Below the pieces are notes generated by a model. That model was not told the DNA's origin. It was given only the letters and a program-made list of their open reading frames with translations, and did no database searches. From the NCBI RefSeq assembly GCF_009914755.1, contig NC_060936.1: DNA of 64,000 nt. The stretch is one strand, 5' to 3'. A program made the position numbers and the translations under genes. Positions within the stretch are counted from its first letter, which is position 1. Every line of letters begins with the position of its first letter. Origin of the DNA: the human T2T-CHM13v2.0 reference genome, Homo sapiens. Of the stretch, positions 17,718-36,614 are shown one piece after another.

Positions 17718-18527
17718 TTCTTTATTAACAAAGAACCATAGACTGGGTGGCTTAAGCAACATTTATTTCTCACAGTCCTGGAGGCTGGAAGTCCAAAATC
17801 AGGGTGCCAGCAGGGTTGGGTTCTGGTGAGGGCCCTCTCCCAGATTGTAGACTGTCAACTTCCTGTTGCATCCTCACATGATGGAAAGATGGCTAGAGAG
17901 CTCTCTGGGGTCTCTTTTTTGAAAAAATTTTGTTTATTTATTTATTTATTTATTTTTATTTTACTTTACATTCTGGGATACATGTGCAGAGCGTGCAGGT
18001 TTGTTGCATAGGAATACATGTGCCATGGTGGTTTGCTGCATCTATCAACCCATCATCTAGGTTTTAAGCCCTACATGCATTAGGTATGTGTCCTAATGCT
18101 CTCCCTCTGCTTGCCCCCCTTCCCCCAACAGGACCTGGTGTGTGATGTTCCCCTCCCTGTGCCCATGTGTTCTCATTTTTCAACTCCCACTTATGAGTGA
18201 GAACATGTGGTATTTGGTTTTCTGTTGCTGTGTTAGTTTGCTGAGAAGGATGGCTTCCAGCTTCATCCATGTCTCTGCAAAGGACATGAACTCATTCTTT
18301 TTTATGGTATGGTATAGTATTGGTATAGTATGGTATAATATGGTATAGTATTCCATCACGTATGTGTGTCTGGGGTTCGTTTTATAAGGACACCAATTCT
18401 ATTCATGAGGGCTCCACCCTCCTGACCTAATCAACTCCTAAAGGCCCTACCTCCTAATACCATCCCGTTGAGGTTTAGGGTTTTGACACATGAATTTGAG
18501 GGGTCACACACATTCAGACCACAACAA
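17718..18527 (-). mobile_element. MLT1A/B LTR split by L1 3' fragment
   Basis: catagactgggtggcttaa..ggaggctggaagtccaa; resumes tataaggacacc..catgagggctccaccctc. Confidence 0.85.
17915..18367 (-). mobile_element. 5'-truncated L1PA7/8-like 3' end
   Basis: L1 3'UTR with ctaggttttaagccc..catgcattagg; imperfect TSD tctggggt. Confidence 0.88.
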
Positions 18528-18624
18528 AGTATTAAATACACACACACAAAAACCTCATCAGCCTTATGATTTCAGAGATATTATCACTTAGGACAAGGAT
18601 TGGTTTAATTATGCAAGTTGGTTA

Positions 18625-19144
<520 letters not shown>

Positions 19145-19490
19145 CTACTGCCCTTCATCTCTGAATCTCTAGTAGTAGCTCCATGCCCAGCACCTAATGG
19201 GGCCACATAAATAGAGACTGAGTGTTAATTATTAAAGGGGCATAACATCCTTTCCAGAATCACAGATTTGAGTACACTGGGCTATGAGCCCTGTGCAGAC
19301 AAGAACTACATGTGTCTGACTGAGTGCTGTATCCCCAGCATCCAACCCAGAACCCAGTGCTTGGTTGGTGCTCAAGAAATATTTGTTATGAATGAACATA
19401 CTTATCTGAATTCCTCTCATAGACTCCTACACTGCCCAACCTGGCCTGAGCCTTGAGAACAATACTTCTTAGCTAAAGAAGAGGAAAGTA

Positions 19491-19951
<461 letters not shown>

Positions 19952-20150
19952 TCATTGTGATAATCAGAGATGCTCTGGAAGATCTCCAAAACACCTCATA
20001 GGGACAGTACCCCCCTGGGAACTGCAGATCCAGCCTGTCCTTCCAAATGGATGAAGAAACTAAGACCCATGGAGGAAGACAGGCTTCCTCAAATGATGAA
20101 GCCAGCATTTGGAACAAATTCCTGACACTGGATTATGAATCTTTCTCTAG

Positions 20151-20439
20151 GGCCAGGCAGGTGGCTCATATCTATAATCCCAGCATCTTGGAAGGCTGAA
20201 CTGGGAGGATTGCTTGAGCCTAGGAGTTCAAGACCAGCCTGGGCAATAGAGCAAGACCCTGTCTCTATAAAAAAATTAAAAAATTAGCCAGACATGGTGG
20301 CTTATGCCTGTAGTCCCAGTCACTTGGGAGGCTGAGGTGGGAGGATGACTTGAGCCAAGGAGGTCACGATCAGGCCACTGGACTCCAGCCTAGACAACAG
20401 AGTGAGACCTTGTCTCAAATTTAAAAAAAAAACAAAAAC
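20151..20439 (+). mobile_element. AluJ
   Basis: ggaggattgcttgagcc; internal deletion in right arm. Confidence 0.9.
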
Positions 20440-20568
20440 TTTTTCTCCAATCATTGAGAGTAGGACTTGTTCAGATCATAAAGGAAGCTCCTGGAGGGAC
20501 AGGGGCTTGGGGCCCATCAGGACTCAGCACCGCAGGGTGGTACTAAGGCAACTCCCATGAGCTGATGA

Positions 20569-21304
<736 letters not shown>

Positions 21305-21954
21305 ACTCTTTTTGTTTTTTTCTATGTTGGATAAGATTATCTTTTCAAACTTATTTTCACAATCAGCACTGAGATGACCAACTAGCCAAGCTGCCCCGTG
21401 TGCCTGCCACCTCTCCATCCACGGGTGCCTGCCAGCCGGTAATGAGAAGTTTGCCTTGCCCTTTAGAACCATTATTTTAAACAATGAATGGTGTTTGCAG
21501 AAGTGAGATTGCGAATAGAGATTCATAATGAATAGCTTCAGCAATAATTACTTATTTTCTATATTTATCGAAAATGACTACATACAGTATTGCTGTTTTC
21601 TCTGAAGAGAAAAATGCAGTAATTATCATCGCTATTTATCTACTTTCCTATTTTAATAACTAGCAATTGCCATTTTTTAATTACTAGGGCAAAAAAAATG
21701 GTTGCCTCTTAGCTGAGATGGCTCTAGTGTCACGAAGAATGCACTTCCACACTAATATCAGTAACGTTGTGTGCAGAGAATAAATATAAGGTGTTTGGGT
21801 TTCTTGCCATTCAACCAGTTTGTTAGGCCTGTGACAGAAGCAGCAACTTGGGGTTGAAATGGTTTGTCTTCAGAGCTGTAGGGGAACCACGTCTCTTAAC
21901 AAAGGTGATATAGTCCAGTAGCATATGTTTATTTATGTCCAATGATGTACTGAT

Positions 21955-22147
21955 AAATGTATAACAACCAGCTTTCCAGTGGGAGAAGGAGCTCTGACAT
22001 GTAGCATTGGCCAATTACTGTGGTGTAAATACTCCCATCATGGCAGATTTTAAGATACCAACCCTACATCATGAAATACACATTTGGGACCAGAGGCATG
22101 CAATTGACTCTCTCATGCTGGAGTCAGCCAGCTCTAGCACATCACTG
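21955..22147. mobile_element. MER63-like hAT DNA transposon relic
   Basis: ggtgtaaatactcccatcatggcagattt motif; cagctctagcacatcactg terminus. Confidence 0.65.
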
Positions 22148-22166
22148 GATATTAATTCTATGGTAT

Positions 22167-22464
22167 ATTTATTTATTTATTTATTTATTTGAGACAGGGT
22201 CTGGCTCTGTTGCCCAGGCTGAAGTGCAGTGATCTTGGCTCACTGTAACCTCCACTTCCTGGGCTCAAGTGATCCTCCCATCTCAGCTTCCCAAGTAGCT
22301 GAGATTATAAGTGCACACCACCACACCAGGCTAATGTTTATATTTTTGTAGAGATAGGGTTTTGCTCTGTTGCCCAGGCTGGTCTTGAACTCCTGAGCTC
22401 AAGCAATCTGCCCACCTCAGCCTCCCAAAGTGTTGGGATTACAGATGTGAGCCACAGTACCCAG
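22167..22464 (-). mobile_element. AluJ
   Basis: gggctcaagtgatcctccc; (TTTA)n tail. Confidence 0.92.
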
Positions 22465-22830
22465 AACATACACATATTTATTGAGGGCCTCTTGTGTGCC
22501 AGGCAGTGTCCCAATTGCTGATGTGACAGCAATGAATGAAACAGGTGGCCCCTGCTCTAGTGAAATTTAGATTGAGTAGGAGAGACAAGACAACCACCAA
22601 AGGAACTGGTAAATACATAACACAATGTTGAGGAGTGGTGAGTGACAACTGGAGTGGAGTAGGAGGGCAGGCTGGGATGGGGTGAGGGTGGGAGCTCTTT
22701 TGCATATAGTGGACATGAATGTCCTCCCTAAAGGGTGTCATGAGCATAAATTTGAATGAAGTGAAGGAGAGAGTTTGTGAGGATTCCTGGGCAAAGAGCA
22801 TTCTAGGGAGAAGGAAAAACCAACATCAAT
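22465..22830 (-). mobile_element. L2
   Basis: tttattgag..tgtgccaggcagtg..cctgctct; gggcaaagagcattctagg. Confidence 0.7.
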
Positions 22831-24557
22831 TCTATGAGGTGGGAGGCAGGAGGATGCCTGGGGGTTGCTTTTAATCTGTGTTTCTGAAGGTCTCAAGATC
22901 TGGGAAGTCTGGGGTATCTTCTAAGATGACACAGATATATTTCTTTTCTTGCTCTGCTCCAGTGAAGCATTCTTGCTCTAAATTTCAGCAGGGCTTGAGA
23001 CCTGGGGGTGACCCATGACTCTCCCTCCCTCCATTTCCTGCAGGATATGATATTCTCACATTTCTTCTCATGTCCTTGCATACCTGCAGCTCATTTGATT
23101 TCCTTGTAGACACTGGCTCCTGACCTCCTCATTCCTCTTACATTGAAACTTATGCCCCCGCCTGGAATGGCAACCCGGGGGGGAAAGGGTTTGTTCACTC
23201 CTGACTTTCCGTCCCCTAGAACAGTGCCTGCCTCACAGTCAACACTTGGTAAATATTCATTGAATTCATTAACACAGGAGATGCAAGCATCTAATTATTT
23301 CATTAGGACTTCCAGTAAGGTCTTGCCTGAGCTAGGAGCCCACGCCCTCAATGCTGTATCCCCCTTCCTGACAGTTTTCTTTGCTGTTCTGCACTGACAC
23401 CCTTGCCTGGAGGTAGACACTCATAAACACTGTGGAATGATTGACAGCATGGATATTGTTTTATTCTACATTACGTCTGTTTTTATCCTAAATTACTTTT
23501 ATTCCTTCTTCATAGTATAGATAGGACATTCTATTGATTTTTTTTAAATTGTGTGTGCAGGAAGGTAAAATTATCTGTAAATTTCATTTCCACATAGTGA
23601 AGGAAGCATGGAAATCTTTTGTTCTCTAAAGGGGCTGCCATATCTGAGAGGCATAAGAATGATAGGCTGGACAGAATGATTTTCATTAATGGACTATTTC
23701 AATAGGCCCTAGGGGTCACCTTGAGCATTCCTGAAGCCACAAGAGAACTACCTGGGTAGTTGACCACCAGGGGAAGTGTTGGGGACATTGGGAAACTCAA
23801 GGAAGACTGCTGATGACGTCAATGAGACACATCCCAGACAATGGCAGGGCTTCCTTTCTGGGCATGTCCAGTGCACGCAGGCTGGAATCATGAGAGGGGA
23901 CTTTCAGCTCCAGTGCTTTTAGAACCTGTTCAACGATTCAGAGTGGGGGTTTGAAGTGAGTTTCTCACTTCATGCCACATTTGATCTTCAGTGCACAAAG
24001 AAAGTACAAAGCCAGAGAGGTGAGCCAAGAGGCAAAGGCCCTTTACTCTGGGAGCTAAGTCTTGTTGGGTTTAAGCATGGATCAGTCTGCTCAGTGCTAA
24101 TGATGAGATCGGGAAGTGTATTGATATTGCAGGTGTTTTAAGCATGAAGATGAAACAGACGTTTCTTTTTATCTATTCATCAGTGACTAGAAAAGTCTCT
24201 CGGCTCGGGAGATTTTGTTGTTTTATTCTATTTTTTTTTTCCACACTGACTTCTTGTGTAAAGAAACTCATGGCAGCACCTAATCTTCAGAAATAAGTGA
24301 CTGGCAGCTCAGTGTTGAGAAATTATACTAAGGACGGGCACTGTGGGACTATCACTGGCCCTGTCCGGGCCATTTGGCAGTCAGTCAAGGCTGGAATAGT
24401 GAGTCACCCTCGGGGTTAGAGATAAGGAAGCTAGGCTCAGGGAAGAATGGAGTTGCCTGGGACCAACCTTCTGGTAAGAGACAGCCCCGGGCTGGGACAC
24501 AAGCTTCCTGACTGCTGTTATCTTCTTCGCGGAGTTGATAGAAGGCAGGAGCTGGAT

Positions 24558-24593
24558 TGTGTTAGTGTTCTCCAGAGAGACAGAACCAACAGG

Positions 24594-24631
<38 letters not shown>

Positions 24632-24986
24632 AGAGACTTTAAGAAATTGGCTTTCACAATTGTGGAGGCTCGATAAGTCCAAAATCTGATGGGATAGGCC
24701 AGCAGGCTGGAGACTCCGTGAAAAGTTGCAGTTCAAGTCCAAGGTCAGCCGGCTGGAAGAATTCCTTCTTGCTCCGAAGGTTGGTCTTTGTTTTATTCAG
24801 GCCTTCAACTGATTGGATGAGGGCCACTCACATTATAGGTGGCAATCTGCTTTACTCAAAGTCCACCAATTTTAATGTTAATCTCATAAAAAAAAATACC
24901 CACCTTCACAGAAACATCCAGAATGATTGACCAAATATTTGGGCACCATAGCCCAGCCATGTTGACACATAAAATCAATCCTCACA
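24558..24986 (-). mobile_element. MLT2 (ERVL) solo LTR with internal (GT)n
   Basis: gttctccagagagacagaaccaa, gattggatgagggcc, gttgacacataaaat..caca. Confidence 0.88.
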
Positions 24987-25294
24987 CACACCTTAATTTT
25001 AAAATGTGTTTTAAATAATAGTAAATGCAATAGATATTCAGTATAGAAATTTTAAAATTGCAAACAAATATAAAAAAGAAAACTTTCCACTTCACCAGGG
25101 TGCATTGGGATATTGCCTTAAGAATTAATTCTAGGCATACTTACACTATAATATTTTCATACCTCGGAATGGTGTCATTTCACAGTAGTGTTTTGCAGCT
25201 TACTTTTTTCACTTAGCAAGACTCTATGAATTTTTCCCCAGGTTAACAGATGTCATTCCACATCCTGATTTTTAATGTTGGCACAGCATCTGTC

Positions 25295-26075
25295 TGATGC
25301 CAGCTGTAGTGAATGGCTTTGCTCCCTGCTCGACATCCTTCCTCCTTTTTCTGCTAACAGCATCAGATTTTCTTTTAGGGATCTCCCCTGCCCCAACTCC
25401 CAGGCCATGTGGTTCAGGTGGGGCTAAATCCTACCTCCTGAGCCCTCTTTGGCCTAGGACCAAAGTCCTCAATATTGAGAAAGAGGGCCGGGCACAGTGG
25501 CTCACACCTGTACTCCCAGCACTTTGGGAGGCTGAGGCGGGTCGATCACCTGAGGTCAGGAGTTTGAGACCAGTCTGGCCAAAGTGGTGAAACCCCATCT
25601 CTACTAAAAACACAAAAATCAGCCTGGCGTGGTGGCGCCTGCCTATAATCCCAGCTACTCAGGAGGCTGAGGCACAAGTATCACTTGAACCTGAGAGGCA
25701 GAGGTTGTGATGAGCCAAGATCACGCCATTGCACTCCAGCCTGGGAGACAGAGTGAGATTATCTCAAAAAAAAAAAAATTGAGAAAGAGGGTTCTTTTTT
25801 CCAGGTTGTTAGGCTGGTTCACTATAGGTCTGGAACTGCTGGAGGCCATTTTTGTCAATACGTGGACTTGGTCCTAAAGATGAAGCCAGAATGGAGGAAA
25901 GCAAATAAGAGAACTGGAGAGAAACAGATTCCTGATTACATATTATAGTTTGAACACCTGGATCCAGCCATGCCTGAAGCTATTCTCCTACACTTTTCCA
26001 TTATGGGAGATAAGTTCTCCCTTTCTTTGCTTAAGCCAGTAGAGTTGGATTCTGTCACTTTACCTGCAAAGAGTT
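25295..26075 (+). mobile_element. Ancient MLT1 (K/L-like) LTR split by Alu
   Basis: ccatgtggttcaggtggggct; cacctggatccagccatgcctgaagc; gcttaagccagt. Confidence 0.6.
25486..25778 (+). mobile_element. AluSx-like
   Basis: Alu consensus; TSD attgagaaagag. Confidence 0.94.
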
Positions 26076-26192
26076 CAGAGTCTTATTTGAATATGGTATC
26101 ACTCTACCTGACATATCCCAGTACATGACTGTATTATTTTCTGTTTTTGTTTTTTTCTTCCTGGCAATTTACCCACTATGAGCAAGATGTTA

Positions 26193-26545
<353 letters not shown>

Positions 26546-26774
26546 TAAAAATGACTAAGACATACTCTTGGACCTCAAATAGTTTGATTCAGTAACTAGG
26601 GCCAAGTACATATTAGTCACCTAAAAGATTGTAAATTTCAACAGCTTATAAGGATCAAGACAGGCTTCCTAGAGGAATAAGCACTAGGCATTGACCTCAA
26701 AAAGAGGGAGAGATCATTTAAAATTCCTTTTCATGGCCTATAAGGCCCTATGTGGCCTTGTCCTGGCCACAGTT

Positions 26775-27235
<461 letters not shown>

Positions 27236-28049
27236 GAGGATCTGGCCCTTCCTCCTCCTGCATCATCTCCCACCCCGACCCCTCTGCTCAGCCCCAGGGA
27301 CTCCTTTCTGCTTTCGCTGCACCTGCAGCTCTGCCACACCTGCTGGCCTCCATGCCTGGATTGCTCTTCCCTGAACCTTCTTACCTGGGGCTTCTCTTCC
27401 ATCTCAGCTCAAACGCCAAGGCAGCAGCCAGGCCACTGGCGGCGCCCATTTCACATGGGACTTCCCCAGCACTCATGCTTTTCAAGCCTTTTTCACATTA
27501 TGGCAGAGGCAGAAACAGTACTCTGTGTGGCTTGCTGGCCTGAATGGATAAGCCAGAGGGGGTAGCGGAAACTTCCAGGGGCTCCCCATTTTGCACATCT
27601 GTAATCCACTCACAGCGCATGATCAGGAAGGTCAGCTGAACCTGTTTTACCACTTTCATAGCAATTGCTGGGATCTGTGATGATGGCGTTGATTGACTTG
27701 TTCACTGCCTGCCTTTTCCAGTAAAGAATAAAGCCCTGTAACACACAACCCCGTTCCATTGCTCTCTCTTCAGTGGTGTCTGGCATGGCAGGCACTCAAC
27801 AGACCCTCCTCCTGAGAATTTCCAGCAAAAGGAATATCATGAGCAAAAGTGGGGAATGGAGTGAGTCACACAGATCAGCTGCAGCCTGAGCACAGCATGT
27901 GTGGGAGGTGATAGGCAGTGAGGAAGGCGGTGATGAAGACCCGATGCTTAATCTGGGAGGTGATGGGGAGCTATGACCAGATGTGATTGGGGCTACCGAG
28001 GCGTGTCCGTCTGGCTGGTGGGGACAGGGAGAGGGAGAAAGTAGGCCAG

Positions 28050-28425
28050 TCATATGGTTTGGCTGTGTCCCCACCCAAATCTCATTTTGAATAGTAGTTC
28101 CTATAATCCCACGTGTTGTGGGAGGGATTGGGTGTGAGGTAATTGAGCCATGGGGGCGGTTACCTCCATGCTGTTCTCGTGACACTGAGTGTGTTCTCGC
28201 AAGATCTGATGGTTTTATAAGGGGCTTTTCCCGCCTTCGCTCTGCCTTTCTCCTTGCTGTCGCCATGTGAAGAAGGATATATTTGCTTCCCCCTTCTGCC
28301 ATGATTATAAGTTTCCTGGGTTCTTCCCAGCCCTGTGAAACTATGAGTCAATTAAACCTCTTTCCTTTATAAATTACCCAGTCTGGGGTATGTCTTTATC
28401 AGCAGCATGAGAACAGGCTAATACA
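28050..28425 (+). mobile_element. THE1 (D-like) solo LTR
   Basis: t.atatggtttggctgtgtccccacccaaatctcat..ctaataca. Confidence 0.9.
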
Positions 28426-28999
28426 GCTGGGAACAGGGCGCCAGTAGCCACCAGACAGCTCTTCAGGCCCTGAGGTGAAAGTGGGTGTGGCCGTGGAAAG
28501 GGAAGGACGGAATGCATGCGAAGGGTGGGGGCACCGGGAGCGAGGAGGATGGTGGGAGGCACGATTTGGTGGTGGAGTGGGGAAGAGACCAGGGCTGTGG
28601 ACTTAAATAGGGAGGTTTCAGACCAGAAACAGGAGGTGTTAGGGAGACGCAAGTTCTGAGGGGAAACTTGAGTGAAAACAGAAGAATTCTTCAGCTCACT
28701 GATTCTCATTTGGAGAACTGGTTGAGTTGTATCACCTGCAGTCTCAGATTTAAGAGAAGGGTCAGCTGGCGACACTGACCCCCCCATACGCAGAGGGGAC
28801 CCGGGAGCCCAGCAGACCTCAGAGTCGCCCAGGTGAGCCCCTCCCAGCTGCGCTTCACTGAGGCATCACCTACTGGCTCCGAACTTCAGTTTCTCAGATG
28901 TAAAATGGGGTGATAAGTGGGCCTTGCAGAACAGTTGTGCAGTAGAGAGAGCTTGTGCAGGTGGGTGACTCATAGCAGGACGCGGTGTGGGGTAGGTGT

Positions 29000-29318
29000 C
29001 CTGGATGTCATGTTGGGCTGCCCAGGCCCCTCCAGGACCAAATCACTTATTGTCCCAGTTGTTGGACTTGTTGGTAGCTGATGGCTAATAGCTGCATCCC
29101 CACACGACCTTGCCTCACCCCAGGACATCTCCTTCCCTGGGGTCAGCCACTTTGGATGGGCTAGGCCCTCTGCTGTGATTGCGCCATCATCCAGCCTCTC
29201 CCTCTTTCCAATCCTGTATCCTTGACTCCCCTTACAGGACAGGTTTTGTGTAGTCCCCAATAAATGTCCTGCATGCAAATCTCAATCTCAGAGTCCACTT
29301 TCCCGGGAACCCAACGGA
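29000..29318 (+). mobile_element. LTR16-like ERVL LTR 3' part
   Basis: cccaataaat.tcctgcatgcaaatctc.atctcagagtc..gggaacccaac. Confidence 0.65.
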
Positions 29319-29456
29319 TAGTAGTATCTTGGCAGAATGATTCTAAGCCACTGGAATAGATATTTCTGGTTGGCCAGAATCTTAAAGACTGTACTGCAAA
29401 TTTTCAGTCCAGAAGCTGAGAAGGGAAGCAATGTGTTGGAGGACTAGCCTATGAGG

Positions 29457-29973
29457 CAAAAGGTTCTCAGACATGTCCAAAATTCTTTTTTTGTATTATG
29501 GACCCCTTCTTAAATTAATGTTTGTAAATGCCTAAAATAAAAGACACAGGATTGTAAAGGAAACCCACTCTATTGCAATATAGTTATCAAACCATTATGA
29601 AATGGATTTATTACATATTAATATATGACATAGCAATATAGAAATTACTATGATACAGTAATATAGTTAATGAAAGATCCATCAGTGGGATGAATCATCT
29701 AGAAGAGACAATGAATATTAATGATATCTCAAGATATGCACAGCAGTTATACCGGGATATGAAAATATCTGACTTCCGTTGATGACAAAATCACAGGTTT
29801 TGCAAATACTGAGGTCAATGAAAATAAAGAAGTAATTTTTCCCCACCCAAAATCTAGATTCCCTGAATTATATGCAAGGACTCCCTGGGTGTCTGTGGAC
29901 CTCAGGTTATAAAAAAATAAAAAATAAATAAATAAATAAATAAATAAATAAAAAACAACAAAAAAAACCCCTT
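29457..29973. mobile_element. hAT-Charlie family DNA transposon relic
   Basis: Degenerate TIRs ggttctca / ggtta..aacccc; internal gatgacaaaatcacagg motif. Confidence 0.5.
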
Positions 29974-30048
29974 AGCGTTATAAGGTCTGCAATCTACTGT
30001 AAGATACGTAGTTCTAGGTGGCATGGCGTGATATACCTGTGTGTGTTT

Positions 30049-30411
30049 GTGCTGTGAATTAAATATATATGTCCCCGTAAAATTCCTGTGTTGAAGCCTA
30101 ATCCCCAGTGTGATATTAGGAGGTGGGGCCTTTGGGAGGTGATTAGGTCATGAAAGTGGAGCCCTCATGAATGGAATTGGTGCCCTGATGAGAAGAGGTC
30201 AGAGCGGTAGCTTGCTCTCTTTCTGGCATGTGAGGATACAAGAAGAAGATAGCCATCTGCATGCCAGAAAGCTGGTCCCCACCAGGCGTTCAGATCTGCC
30301 GGCACCTTGATCTTGGGCTTCCCAGCTTCCAGAACTGTGAGAGATCAATGTTTGTTGTTTAAACCACCCAGTGAATGGTAATCTGTTATAGCAGCTCAAC
30401 TGACTAAGCCA
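30049..30411 (+). mobile_element. MLT1A/B LTR
   Basis: ggaggtggggcctttgggaggtgattaggtcatga..gttatagcagc..ctaag. Confidence 0.88.
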
Positions 30412-31114
30412 GTTAGGAATCTACACCCCAGGGGTGATTAATTAACATTCACGCAGAAGGGTCACACCTCAGGACACCTGCTGCTAGCTCTTCTGTTTTC
30501 CATATCACTGACCAACACCAGGTGTCTTACTAATTAGCACAGAGAATAGCAGAAGTAGGTTTTTATTGGTAAAACTTGTGGCTAACAACCTAATAGATGT
30601 AAGAAATGGGCTCTTGTTCATAAAATTAGTGGTGTTCAAAATTAGGGAATTGGCTGAAATGTTTTTGAGACACCACATGCTGGGACGATTGGGGTATAAG
30701 AATCCAACAAGGCTTGTCCTTCTTCCATAGGGACGTTGCCTGAGGCTTAATTCCTATCTGCCCTGTGTCTAATCATGGGGCTGGAGGATATCTGGTTGCC
30801 TAATATCAATCCTATGCATAACAGGATCTTGCCTCTGAAATTTTGTTTTCTAATCCTCAAGAAAATGTTCCCTGTAGGGTATTACCAGGAATAGGTCATA
30901 GTCCAAACTAATCCTTTTTACCAGTAATCCCTTTATATAAAATCAAGTAGCAATCACAAGACTGGGGTGAAAGAAAATAATACTCTGACGTATTCATCAA
31001 GTTATAGGAAAGGAAGTGGGGAGAGGTGAGCGGGAACCCAGCCCACATCATCCTGATAAACACTTTATTTATCCAAAATGTAAGTGAAGGACAAAGTGCT
31101 TATCTATCCATGCA

Positions 31115-33215
<2,101 letters not shown>

Positions 33216-33466
33216 ACATACATATACAGGAGTTCTTCATGTATTCTTAATACTAATCCTGTCAGATACATGTGTTGCAAATTTCTCCTCTTAGTTTGTA
33301 AATCGTGTTTTCATTTTAAGGTGTTCTTTAATTAATCGATGCTCAATTTTAATGTAATCATATTTATCAACTTTTCATTTATAGTTGATGCTTTATGTGT
33401 CTTAAGAAAAATCTTTTCTTACCCTGAAATTAAAAAGTTAACCTATTTTTTTCTTAAAAGTTTTCA

Positions 33467-33770
33467 AGTTTTGTTTGTTTTGCTTTTTTGGGACAGAGTC
33501 CCACTCTGTTGCCCAGGCTGGAGTGCAGTGGCGTGATCTTGGCTCACTGCAACCTCCACCCCCGGGTTCAAGTTATTCTCCTGACTCGGCCTCCAGAATA
33601 GCTGGGATTACAGGTGTGTGCCACCACACCTGGCTGATTTTTGTATTTTTAGTAGAGATGGGGTTTCATCATGTTGGCCAGGCTGGTCTCAAACTCCTGA
33701 CCTCAGATGATCTGCCTGCCTCAGCCTCCCAAAGTGCTAGGATTACAGGTGTGAGCCACCGCACCTAGCC
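33467..33770 (-). mobile_element. AluSx-like in an old L1M relic
   Basis: Reverse Alu; TSD caagttttgttt. Confidence 0.93.
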
Positions 33771-33796
33771 AAGTTTTGTTTTTTACATTTAAATTC

Positions 33797-34104
<308 letters not shown>

Positions 34105-34524
34105 TAAATTCTTAATACTAAAATAAATTATTTAAGTAAAAGAGAGCCTTTCATGGATCAATGATGGGAAGGTGTCATAAACCAAGGACTCTGTGCCCTT
34201 GAGGTTAAGAACAACAATGACAGAAAGGAATAGGAAGATAATTGGACTACTAATTCCTCTTTTAATGAAGCAGTCCTACCTCTTCACCTAGTTTGCTGAA
34301 ATAAATAGTATGTTGTCTTTCTACCACAAAGCCAAGTGTTGTTCATAGTCCTCAACAGTTCAATAAATATTTATTGACTGACAAGGCAAAGGTTTGCAGG
34401 TACAAGAAGGGAAAGGTTAACAATTAGATATAACCGTTTCTGGGGACCCTGGATTTGGTCTTCCTTAAACCCTCCAGGGTAATGATTCTCTAAGTGTGGC
34501 CTTTGACTACCTGCATTAGAATCA

Positions 34525-35440
<916 letters not shown>

Positions 35441-35831
35441 TGATTTCCAGAAATCTGTGTTTAATCAGCATCTCCAAGAGACTTGTGCATGCTGGAGTGT
35501 GATACCTGCTGCCCTAAGTGACCAGCAGGCCCTGGGTTAGAGGGAGCTCAATGCTGGACAAGAAGCACTGGACCTTTGTCCAAGAAGACAAAGGTCAAAT
35601 AATTGAGTAGTTGGCTACATCCATCTACCTTATTGGGACACTGATTGTTTTATCCCCTGGAAGGGGTTTTGCTGCTTAAAAACTATTATCATTATCATGG
35701 TTTGGGGATATTGAAAATGCCAAACTATTTCTCTCATTACTTATATGTGCTTTTTCTCTCTTTTCTTTCAGATTTTAGAAGGAGCCAAAATTATTTCTTC
35801 TCTCAGAGTAGTAGAGGGAATTATGGAAAGT

Positions 35832-36015
35832 AATTTTTTTCCATTTTTATTGTGTTAAAATACATGTTACATAAAATTTATCATCTTAACCATTTTTAAA
35901 TGTGCATTTCAGTGGTATTAAATACATTCATAGTATTGTAAAAATATCACCACCATCTAGCTCCATAACTCTTTTCATCCTGTAAAACTGAAACTCTATA
36001 CTCGTTAAACAATGG
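35832..36015 (-). mobile_element. L1MB 3' end
   Basis: acataaaattta.catcttaaccatttt..caccaccatc..aactgaaactctata. Confidence 0.75.
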
Positions 36016-36263
36016 AAGGTAAATTCTTATCCAGAATCTAAGGTCTTCAGTTCAGCTTCTGGATCTTTCCTCAGAAAGGCCTGTTTGGAATGGAGAGGTA
36101 TGGGATGCGACAGAGCTGGGCTTGAATTTTTTGGTTGCCTCCCAGCTCTGTACCTAGCTCCTAGCTCTCTAGAAGTCAGTTCTCTCATCTGTAAAAAGGA
36201 GTGATTTGATTTCTACCTCTTGGCATTGTATTAAGAATTAGAAATAATACAAATAAACCTCCT

Positions 36264-36600
<337 letters not shown>

Positions 36601-36614
36601 CTAACATTTGTAAA

